NCBI RefSeq assembly: GCF_026571515.1
Contig: NW_026853995.1
Coordinates: 1 to 64,000 of the forward strand
Direction: 5' to 3'
From: Ruditapes philippinarum
Lineage: Eukaryota
Length of the DNA stretch: 64,000 nt
Shown here: positions 14,636 to 26,200 of the stretch, one piece after another
Position numbering within the stretch: position 1 is the stretch's first letter
Layout: every line of letters starts with the position of its first letter
Notes under the pieces: generated by a model
The model's database searches: none
Seen by the model: the letters and a program-made list of their open reading frames with translations, nothing else
What the model was told of the DNA's origin: nothing
Position numbers and translations under genes: made by a program

Positions 14636-14980
14636 AGTGACATTATGTTCATTGAAGTGAACAGTAATTGAATAGGTGAAAGTCAAAATAAGTTTTTATA
14701 TTGCCATTATTCATTTTAATTTGATAATTAACTTCACATAAACAATAAATAACCCTTGGATCAAAACTGATTTTTTGGAAATATCAATTAGAACTTACCT
14801 GAAGCGTTCAGTTTATAAATAGAGTGGGGCAGTCCTTTTATATTTTAGGCAGATTTTAAATTTTATCCTAAACATTTTCCAAAATAAACTGTTGGTCAAA
14901 CACCATTTCAACAATCAAACTTAAAAATAAAAAGTGAATTTAGCTCAACTTGAGTATGAAAATATGAGCATAATGTCACT
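14636..14980. mobile_element. 345-bp MITE with TTAA TSD and AG...CT termini (Kolobok-like)
   Basis: 16-bp TIRs agtgacattatgttca / tgagcataatgtcact (1 mismatch); TTAA at 14632-14635 and 14981-14984; empty site with a single TTAA at 44151-44154. Confidence 0.85.
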
Positions 14981-17050
14981 TTAAGGGCTTATTATGTTCT
15001 TTTGTTTAACAAGTCAATGAAATGCTAAATGCTGGCATATGTATAAAAGAACCAGACTAAGACGGAATTAACAAATTATCTCCTGAGGCAATACATTAAT
15101 GTTTGATTAAGTCTATTGAAAGATTTTATTCAGCAGGCGTATGTGTTAACCTTGACAGCGATATTTGAACTATGTGATCATTAAAATGTATACACAAACT
15201 ACTACTTCTCTATAAAGTGTAACATCTTTATCTGACCTGGCCCGTTCTGTATGCGCTTGCACTTAATAGAGAAGTAGTAGTACATGTAGTATGTGTACAT
15301 TTTTAAAAGAGTTTAAAAGTTTAACAGAACCGGAAATATGTAACGCTTATTTAATTTATATGAATAAACGGTCACGTAGCATTGATACTGATACAATCTG
15401 TTCCATAATAAACACGTGCACATTGTTACTTATGATATAAAATAAGAAGTATATTAAAAGATACTCGGCCGAAGAAAAACTTGTTAACTTGCACATGTTA
15501 GTTCTTAAATTTTAATGCAAAGTCATATAGAAATGTAAGCATAGCATAGCTGGTATAACATTGACGTAATAAGTTCTTGTAGGATAAGTAATCTTGGGAA
15601 ATTGAACAATTTAAGACGTATGTGTTTCTTAACAAGCCTCTGGCATTTCGGTAAGTGAACCCAATTTATATACCAACATCTACACAGTCGGGAAAGCAGT
15701 TTTGTTACAAAATACTTGATTAATATGCAAAGATATAATATTTATAAAAACTATAAACATATATCAATTGAACAAATCAATAATCATATAATATATAAGA
15801 CACAATGAATTTGATAAACTAAGAGTACCTGATATGTTCTGATATTATTCTGATTATTTTTGACACAATTTTAAACTCAGATCTGCAGTTAAAATAAACC
15901 CAGTAAGTTCTTACCTAACATAAACAGTTCACTAATAAATGTAATGATATCTGAATGCAAGAAGTATTGTTAAGCATAACTTAAATTTCTGAGCAATTTA
16001 ACTAGAAAGTTAAAGAACTGTAATGTACATATTGCTTAAGAACTATCCTTTACATTTTATTTCATAATGGCAAAAACTATATCTTTTATTTTAGTTAAGA
16101 ACTGTTCTTTACATCAATTTTGAATTGCAATGAGATTCTAAAGATTTTCATTTTGTATTTTAAAAAAACCAATGAAAATTCTTCTTACTTTAGATCTTCC
16201 CTTTTAAATTTTAAAAGGGAATAAAATGCAAATCTAAAAAACTTTTTCTCAATTCATCAAACGCAAGTCAACCCAAAAACATTTTGGGCCAACCTAACAC
16301 AATTTAAAGCAACATTTTTTAACACCCCTTTTTTTCCCTTTAAAAGTTTTTTCCCTTTTTCATTTTAAACCATTTTGGGCCCAAATTTAAAATTCTTTTA
16401 ACCGTTTTTTACTCATAGTCCGAACCTAAACAAACCCAAGAACAAGGTTTTCCTTTTCAACTGCAATTTTTTAAATAAAAATAAACTTACGGGCATTTGG
16501 GAAAAGATATTACAAACAAAATTTTATTATTCCAGCGTTTTTAACAATACAAAGGATTTACATGACATCAACCAATCAAATATAAATTTTTTTGGTATTT
16601 TTTAAATTTTCAGGATTTTTTTGGCGCCTCAAAAATAGTTTTAAAATAAAATCCCTTTTTTAAAAAGAACATTTTTGTTCATCTGTTCCCCCACAAACCT
16701 TTTAAAAAAGTAAAATTTTTAAATATTACTTTTAAGTAAAGCCCCCGAAAAAAAATTCCTTTTATATTGTTTTTCAAGAAAAAATTTAAAAAAACCAATT
16801 CCCCTTTATACGTTTTTATTAAAGGGGAACGATGTTTAACTTAAATGCATTATTCAGGGGGTTTAAATTCCAGAAGCTACAACGAAGCTATAAAATGGGC
16901 TCCTATGGGTGACAGAAAACACAAAACAACTGAAATGCTGAAACAAAATGAATACAAAGTATTTTATCATAAATATGTTTCACGTGTTTTCCTTTTTTGA
17001 AGATGAAACATTTTTTTATAAACATTTTAAATATAGTATTATTTTTGTAG

Positions 17051-17224
17051 TATAGCAATATCACGTTTCTGTTATATTCCGGGACACTTAAAACTGACAT
17101 TTCTAATAATATTCTATTCGATTTTGTTCTGAGTGATATGAACATCAAACAATGACAAAAAGATCGTGTGTAGGAAATAAAGCAGTTTTCAGACGGTAAT
17201 TGGGTAATAATTGGACTTTCAAAG
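17051..17224 (+). CDS. Damaged late ectodomain exon ([31 protein letters not shown]...[13 protein letters not shown]) with two in-frame stops
   Basis: ttttgtag acceptor and AAG|gtaccg donor; 174 nt, phase 0/0. Resembles the NxTFxGxxGxVxxDxxG..DY.L.DM segment of receptor-GC ectodomains. TGA and TAG in frame, next to an error-rich zone. Confidence 0.6.
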
Positions 17225-20200
17225 GTACCGTTCTTTGTTTTATCTTGTGTTTAGCCCTTTAAGATGCAAGTAAAAAATAGATATTTAACCCTGAAGGCGT
17301 CCAAGGACGTTATTTAGATGAGTATCAAAATGATTACTGGCACAATTATTAATAATTTTGGTCTGCTTCTCTTTTTCTCTAGATTTGTACTTTGTGATGT
17401 GACCTTTGGTTTATTCATTAGCGTCGTTACAAATTTCTCGGGTTTTATTTTTAGACGATTTTGCACAAATTAATCTTTTTAGAAAGAAATTTGTTAAGAT
17501 TGATTTCCCTCTGATTTGTTTTGATTTACTCTGACTTCCAGACACACTTTTACACAAATTAGTTCGCAAAACATTTAAGTTACATAAGTTGCTTGAATGA
17601 AAGGAAGTGCTGAAACTTTAATAGAAGAAGTAGAAAGTGTAAGTATGTCGCTCGACACGATTATTCTTGTTTTATTGCTGTTAAGAATATTGAAAAAGTT
17701 AAATGTCGAATCTCAGGCGAAAAATGGTTGATCGCAAAAATGAAACGTTATGCATAAACGTGAAGATTTGAATTTGAATTGTTGAAATCTGTATTACCGC
17801 CTATCTATTTATTGAATGATTCAACAACATTTTGCAGGTTCGATGGCCAAAGAATATTGTGTTGGGTCCCGACCAATGCTTCCATTTAATTTCTTGCAGG
17901 CAAGAATCAGAGGGAGGACTAGATGCTCTTTATATTCTTGCCATTGCCATAGCTGTCTTGTTTGTTGCCAGGGTAGCAACTGCAATAATTACTGTGTGGT
18001 ATGTATACGATGATATAATCAAAAATAAAAATAGCTTAAATCTGATGAATCCAGAGGCATACAAATTTATCAAAAGATTATAAGTAACATTACACAACTT
18101 TTTTATGTTAAATATAAAAATTATTCTTGATTTCTTTTCTTTTATGGTGCTATGTGACTTGATCTTGTATAAAAACTCAACACAAATAAACAAATGACGG
18201 ATTCATTCTGTTACATTTTAATGGTGCTATGACCATTATATAATCTGTTTTATGAAAATTCATTTACTTTCTTTTTAAAGAATGTACCTCGATAGAATAT
18301 AAAGACTCTTTCTAGATTGGCATAATATTTGTTTTCATATTTTGATTTAGGCGAAAGATTATACACAGAGATATGTCTAAAGGTCAACATAAAGTTCTGT
18401 TATCGAAAGACGACCTCGTCTTTTTATCCAAACGTGACGTTCAAAAAGGATCTAAGGTGAGTCGTTTAAGTAAGATTTAATCGTGACACCGTATTCAGCA
18501 ATCTGCGGATGTTTCAAAATTCTAAATTTTACCAGTTCATGTTAAATGTTGAATTCTGCTTAAGCCGGTGCTTGGGGGCGGAACGGTAGTTTGCACTTGA
18601 CAGTACCGTCCATGAACAGGCTCAATCAAACCGAGCCTGCAACATTTTCGATTTTGCCGTGTTGGGCTTTCTTTAAGGATTCTTATTTCTCTCCATTATA
18701 TTTATCTGAAACACAATACTCAACAAAGTAACATTTATATGTGACACCATACGCAACAAAAAATATTAATTCGTGACACCATGCTCAACAACGTTAGAAT
18801 TGGCCGTGCTACATACACAACAAAGTAAGATTTATCTGATACACAGTACTCCATATACTCGACACAGTTAGATTGATCTGTGACAAAGTACTCAGCCCAG
18901 TAAAATTTATCTGTGACATTATACTCGACAAAGTTATATTAATCTCCGACATCATACGAAACAAACGTAGATTCATCGTCGGCACTATATTCAACAAAGT
19001 AAGATTTACTGTGGCACCATACTCAACAACGTTAGATTTATCTGTGACACCAAAGTTCACAAAGATTTATTCTCCTCACTCTTCCTTATTCACAATCTTA
19101 ACAATGCTATATTTTTTCAATCACCAAGTAATCAATGGAGACATCCAATTTCTTTGTGTTTTCTGTCATCAGATCTAATTATAGCTATGTTTTTCTCTTA
19201 TTAATTCTGGAACCGAATCTTAACAACAACTCGAAAACATTGTGATGTTATTTAAGCATCATTCTATTCTGAAAACATATTCACTGAATAAATAATGAAA
19301 CCTTGCATTTAGTTTCTGTTTTAAACAAGACCATGACACAATTACACAAACTTTCAGAAAATTGCATAAAAGTGGATATGTATGCGAACTGGTTTTGTAA
19401 TTCATTTCTTTCCTCATTATATATTTCTCCAACACCATTGAATATTTGCCATTTGAATGAATGGAACGAGGAATAGGAATAATAAACTGAGAAACTGGAA
19501 CTCATTTCACTCATTTAAATAATCATAAAGTTTATAGACTTCAAATAATCAATGTTTTGTGAATGAAATGTATACGCAAAGCACACAAAGAACTTTTCTT
19601 TAACTAAGTATTGAATACATGTTAAGTATTTTTTAGATTGAAACAGGCTCAAAAGAGATCCTCAAATGCTTATTTAAGCAATTCTTGCTGCAAGAAATAT
19701 TGCAATAAAAATAAAATGTTGCAATAATACTTGAATAAATAAAATGACATTCAGTTTTGTAAAGACAATAAACGGGTGATTGTTGTCAACGATCTACCTT
19801 TATTTTTTCTTTGCTACTTATCGTACAAAGTATATAGATCTATATTTGTTTTTGTTCAAATAAGTTGTTTTTGTCAACGCAAAACACTTTTCCAAAATGA
19901 AATTTCAGGAAATTATTTATTTTTCGTTCTTTATAGATAATGAATGGTAACAGTAATCTGATAGACAGACCAGATCTGATAAAAGACTCCAGTGGCAGAA
20001 CAGCAACAAATAGGTCAATGGTTAGTCTCCATGAATATGCTGATATAACGGATACAGCAAGATATAATGTAAGTATAATATCTTATAATGAAAGTATAAA
20101 ATCTTCTAATGTCAGTGTAAAATCTTATAATTTTTTTTGTATAGAATCTTTAAATGTAAGTATAATTTCTTAAAATGTAAGTATAAAATCATATAATGTC

Positions 20201-23200
20201 AGCATAAAATCTTGTAATGTAAGTATAAAATTGTATAATGTCAGTATGAAATTTTAAAATGTAAGTATCATATCTATAATGTCAATATAAAATCCTATAA
20301 TTACAGTATAAAAACTTAGAATGACAGTAATAAATCTTATAATGTCAGTATAAAATCTTATAATGACAGTATAAAATCTTATTAAGTTTTCTTATTAAGT
20401 TTTACATATCATCATATAACATCTTATAATGTCAATTAAACATATTACAATGTAAGTTTAACACCTCATACAGTAGGTTTAACATTTGAATGTAAACATA
20501 ACAGCTTATAAAGTAAATATAACATATATTAACGTAACAATAACATCTTTATATAATGAAAGTATTACATCATATATTTCATAACATTTTATGACAATAA
20601 CACACACATTACTGTCGTGTCATTGAAACGTAGATATTTTCAGATACTTTCTGAAATTTTAACGGCAATATATCTTTAAAAAAACATAAATATTTTAAGA
20701 GAGAAGATGAAATTGTGACAGTTTGTAGAATTTATCTGAAGTTATTACTAAGACGTCGATATTTCCCATTGGGTATTAGATTTACTTCAAAGTTTTGTAA
20801 GCTTCATAACCAAAGTAACTGTAAAATCAGCATTTTGTTGTTTATTAAACAAGAAACACGAAAAGAAAAAAAATATTGACTATTATGTACGCTTGTATAC
20901 ATATGCATTATTAATGGTGTTACACTAACGGAATCGTTTTTCACTTTTACAGGGCGATTTGGTTCATGTTAAAGAACTAAATATTAAAAACTTTGAAATG
21001 AAAAGTAAGGTGCTACAGGTCATAAAAACGGTAAGTATTAAGTTCTAGTCCAATTAAAATTTCTTTCTAAATCATATACTTTTATATAAATTTTACTAAT
21101 ATTTACAAATACTTACTTCAAAACAAATACAAATGTACTAAATAATTAACGATATTATTTTCTATTAACATAATCAAAACTAAATATTAGTTAAACTTTA
21201 CTTTTTGCTCTCATTTCCAGCCCTCCAAGATATCAGTTTACTGTCTCATTATGTATTTAAGACACTACAAGAATATAACACCACGACATACGAAGGCAAT
21301 ATCTAACTTTGAATGAATGCATTAAATCAGCTGCGATAGTTTCAAATTGTACAGCATTATTAAATATTTTGAGTTTACTTGAAAATTAGAAAATTTGAGA
21401 TAGCTTGAAACTAAATCTGTTGTTGAACATTATTTCTGTTCATATTCTGATCTGATATTCGTTTGTTTTATTGGTTTTTTTTTCAAGTCGAATAAATGAT
21501 GACATTTGCAATAATATATGATTTCAGCTAAAAGATGTACGGCATGAAAACGTGAATTTATTTGTTGGTTTCTATGACGACCAGCATGTTCCAGCAATAA
21601 TAACAGATTTTTGCAGCAGAGGTAGTCTTGAGGTTAGATATGATTTGTTTGACACTATAAAGCAAATGGTCTTATTAAATGTAAGACTTAAAAAAGTAAT
21701 CAATATATTCTTAAGAAGTGTGTTAAATTTCTATTTTTATAAATATACTTGCTTACGTATGTTTTTCTAATTAATTGTTTCGTTTTTGTTGTGTGTAACT
21801 TGGCTTTCACCCCCCTCCCACAAAAAAAGAAAGAAAAAAAAACGTTTCACATTGTTTCGCACACGACGAGTTGTTCAGTTGTTATAACGAAAATGCAACA
21901 ACAAACCAAATTCACGTTTCGCTTTTTTGCACGGCGTGTAATTGTTTTTTTTTAATTACTTGCTTATTTATTGGAACGGTTTCCATGATTTTTTTGCTTT
22001 AATTCCGCTATCGACTATCCAAAGCAAATTCACTGTTTGCCTTTTCGCGCGGCGCGTTTTTGTTAATTAAAATATAAGAACAAAACAAACTCAGCAATTC
22101 CTTCCGTTCGCGCGGTTAACAACAGAACGACAACAGGCCAATTGCCATGACCCTGTTCTGTAAAGTTTTTTGGCACAGCACCTTATTGCTAGCGGAATGG
22201 ACTACAGGAAAGTAATTAAACAAAGCGACCATAGTTATTATTATTATAAATATAATTATATAATCCTATTTTTCAGGATGTTCTCAAAAATCATGATATA
22301 AAGCTTGACTGGGACTTCAAGGTCTCATTACTTACAGATCTCATAAGGGTAAGTGAAGTTTACATATACACACAATTACATATTTAATGAAGATGAAGAA
22401 TGTAAACAGGAACTAGCATAATGCGTATAAGGTTTATCCATACGTTATGCATTAAATGCTTGTCGTTTACAAGTCAAGTCAATACATAAAAGTTGTTTCC
22501 GATGTAAAGAATCTTATATTTGATTTAAACGGAGAAATTGGTAATGTCACGCGTAACAAAATGAAAACGCATTTTATTTAAATACATTTATCTAAAGTGC
22601 ATCTTTTACAATAACAATCGACAATAGTTATGCATAAAAACTGACAGTCATTATAAAAAATGTAAATTTCAAACAATTTTAAAAGTAAAACATTCTTCTA
22701 AAGAAATCACAAAGATGATTGAAACATGCATAGTTAATGATGCAATATGTAGAGACATTTATACAAACACGGTGGACCATACAGCGCTATAAGATTTATT
22801 TGAAAAAAAAACAACAACAAAATACTTAGATGTAATATTTTATTTTAAGGGTGTCAGATATATACATAACAGTTCCGTGCGGTGGCATGGAAATCTTAAA
22901 TGTCGCAACTGTTTGATAGACAGTCGATGGGTACTCAAGGTGTCGGATTTCGGGCTTCCAAGCTTCTATGGTGCTATTAAATATACTCCAAAACATAAAG
23001 ACAAAGGTAAACAATCCAATTTGTATTAATCATTTTCAAGTGCAGTCATGTGTTCTAGTTAAACGATCCACTTTAATTTCGAACTTGTAAGGCAAATTGA
23101 AATAACGATTCAACTTAATTAATTACCTAAATGTTAAGACAATGAATTATAATATGAAACCTCATTTTCAAGATCTTCTCTTACAAAATATTTAACATTA

Positions 23201-26200
23201 ATAAAATTATTTAATGGTATTCTTTAAATTAACCTAAACTTGACAATAAGTCCGAGGTATTCTTCAATTAACTTCAAGTTGACTTCATCAATTTCAGATC
23301 TGTTGTGCATGGCACCAGAACATCTTCGAGATCAGGTTCCTGGGCTTAAAGGCTCAGAAAAAGGAGATGTTTACAGTATATCTATCATTATGCAGTGTGT
23401 CGTCCTAAGATCAGAACCCTACAGTACTTCCGGATTGACGCCTACTGGTGAGAACATCGTAGTTTATTTGCATGCGGCAGTAACACAAGTTTATTTTTTT
23501 CATGGAGAAAGGTGGCCAAGTTGTAAACGTGCATACTTCTTAATACAATGTATAGATTTTGTAGGTTAGATTGCAAAAGGTTATTCTCCATATTTCTGTA
23601 TATGACACAGTTAAAATAATTTAATGTTTATTTTTCACAATACTGCTTAAATGGTTAATTTTAAAACTGAAAAACAACAACAACAAAAAACATCAGGCCA
23701 GAAATGGTTATTTAAGGTCCAACGTGATATGATCCCTTAGTGAACTTGTACAAATTGTATTCTGAAAGTTATAATTTGGTTTCTCTCTAATTCTATCAAT
23801 AGCTACTATTTTATTGCATAAAAGCTCAGTACGCAGAAGAGTGGGAAAAAATAAATTAACCTAACAAATCACGCGATCACGCACCATTGTTGCAAATTAT
23901 TATAATATGTGTGCCACCGGGCATCATGTAGAATTGCTAAATACAATACAATTCATGATATTTCATTATCAAACACAATTTGTCAAATAACATTGGACTC
24001 ATCCGTTATAAGCATGCCAAAGCCAGTTTATATATACGAAACACAAATAATAAATCGCAGAATAATCGAATCAGACGGAATAAAAATTATGCACGGATAG
24101 AACTTATGCACTCTTGTGCATACATTTGCTTATGCAGAAGCACATGACTCATTTAAAACACCAGCCTGCAAGTTGCATTTACCCTATATCGCTGAAAGCG
24201 TTGACATATATATTTTATCATACTAGAATAAAGATATTTGTAAAAGTTGAATGGTTTGTGACTCTTTAATATGTTCCTCCACTGAGTCACGTTGCATGCC
24301 TATGACTGTTATACTTCGATATATACTTGTACTACCTAAATGATTAGATATTGTTATATGGTAAACCTCTGTCAACGTTGCTTTCAATAAAGCCCAGATT
24401 GTATTCGTTTTAGAAGAGCTTCTCACGAATGTATGCTCTAGTTATTTTCAAGTGCTTCTTCTACAGATTAAAGTAATTTATTGAGATGTTAGCTCACACA
24501 TTATCAGCTTTAGTACTTTACCCTTCCCAAATGTAATTCATTTCCAAGTGTTATTCGTTATAAATGACAAGCTTTCAGCAGAAATATAAAAATTGGACAT
24601 GAAAAGACATTAATCTGGTTTAATGTAGCCCTACTTAAACAGGAGGAAGAAGTTGACGTGTTAGATTTTTGCATTTTATCTAAAGTAATGAATTTTGCTT
24701 TTTCATATTTCATTTGTGTACATATTGTAATTTATTTCATTGTCACATATACTATGTACTTTAATTATGCAGAAATTTTACAAAAGTTGAAACATCCTCC
24801 GCCATTACTTCGACCATCAGTTAGTCATGGTACAGCGCCACCGCAGTATATACAACTGATGAAAGTTTGCTGGACGGAGAATCCGGAAATGCGGCCCGGA
24901 ATGGAAGAGATTTATCAACAGTTCAAAACCTTTACCGGCGGGAAGTAAGGTCCCTTCTCTCATATTAGTAGAAGCTTGTTTCACTTGAAAACTCTGAGTC
25001 AGAATATATTTTATTCATTCATCGTTAAAGTTAATTTATTTTTTGATAATTATATATATTAAATGAACTATCAGTTTGATAAACCGGACTCTGTAATGCT
25101 AGGATCTAATCTGTACATATAATTGTGAATTGTGTAGCTTAAAAAGTAACTATTAAATTATGTTCATATAACAAAAATGTTTTATCTTCTAATGAAGGAA
25201 AAAGTTGTAAGCCGGTGCTAGGGGCGTGGACGGTATATTGCATTTTCCAGTACCTTCCGATCAAACCGAGCCTGCAATATTTTTTAAATGTTTTTCGATT
25301 TGGGCGATATAAAGGGATTCTGTTTTTCTCTATCTAATCAAAATAAGATAATTTTGTTATGTTACGTTTAGAAAAATGAACATAGTCGACACCATGTTCC
25401 GGATGTTAGAGAAATACTCAACCGATTTAGAAGACCTAGTAAAAGACCGAACACTTCAACTAGAGGAGGAAAAGAAGAAAACCGAGCTTCTTTTATATCG
25501 AATGCTTCCAAGGTGAGAGACAATAGTATATTCCCAATAAAAGCTAGATATTACCATTTATACAGGGTTTTCAGGGACTTCAGGGATACAGAGAGAATAG
25601 ACCTATTCTTTCCAGAAGACTTTACTCCTTTGCAATTATACTGATCTACCAGACTTTGTAAACACTGTCTAAACTTGTTAAATATCATTCGTAGAAAAAC
25701 AATATATATTTATAAAAAGAAGATTATACTTGTTCCCTTTTGCAATTAGAATATCAACCGTACTTTAGCCAGCTATTAGGTTAAATAAAGATATCGTAGA
25801 CATAGCAGTGTAACCTTTAAATGAGATATTTAACAATGAAAATGTATACAACAAATTTGTCGGTTATTGTCAGAGCATTGTGTATTTTTTAAACAGAGCA
25901 CTGTTTGTATGTATATGTTTCATGTGCACTATACAACCTCGAATGTCTGTTATCGAGATTGTAACCTCTAGGACATCTCTATATGTGTTCCAATCAATGT
26001 TGTGATATACTTCATCTGAAGTAGAAAGAAAGTTTGCAATAACAATTTAAGCCCTTTATCTGAGAAGTTTATTCTCGTAACTCCGCAAACTTAATTGTCA
26101 ATCATACAATTCTTTATCTTCTTCTTATTTTGTCACACTTTGAAGTGTACAAATTGAGTTTACTATATGCATCGTCACGTATGCACATCATTCATTTTGT

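Larger units (their letters stand above)
1..17030 (+). repeat. Direct segmental duplicate (copy 1) of ~22544-46140
   Basis: Colinear anchors 1~22544, 5079~29827, 7634~32321, 12638~42091, 15900~44940, 16900~46040. Confidence 0.93.

Noticed and set aside
17970-17972. Arg in the middle of the TM helix
   Set aside because: One base away from Gly (AGG/GGG) and close to an error-prone zone; cannot be separated from sequencing error.
18809-19178. Overlapping ORFs with 11-aa periodicity
   Set aside because: By-product of the 33-bp minisatellite.
18468-20590. Minisatellites as CRISPR-like arrays
   Set aside because: Contiguous degenerate units without unique spacers, inside eukaryotic introns, with no cas genes.
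21770-22255. CpG-rich intronic patch with internal direct and inverted repeats
   Set aside because: Probably a TE remnant, but no termini, TSD or second copy are visible to support a call.
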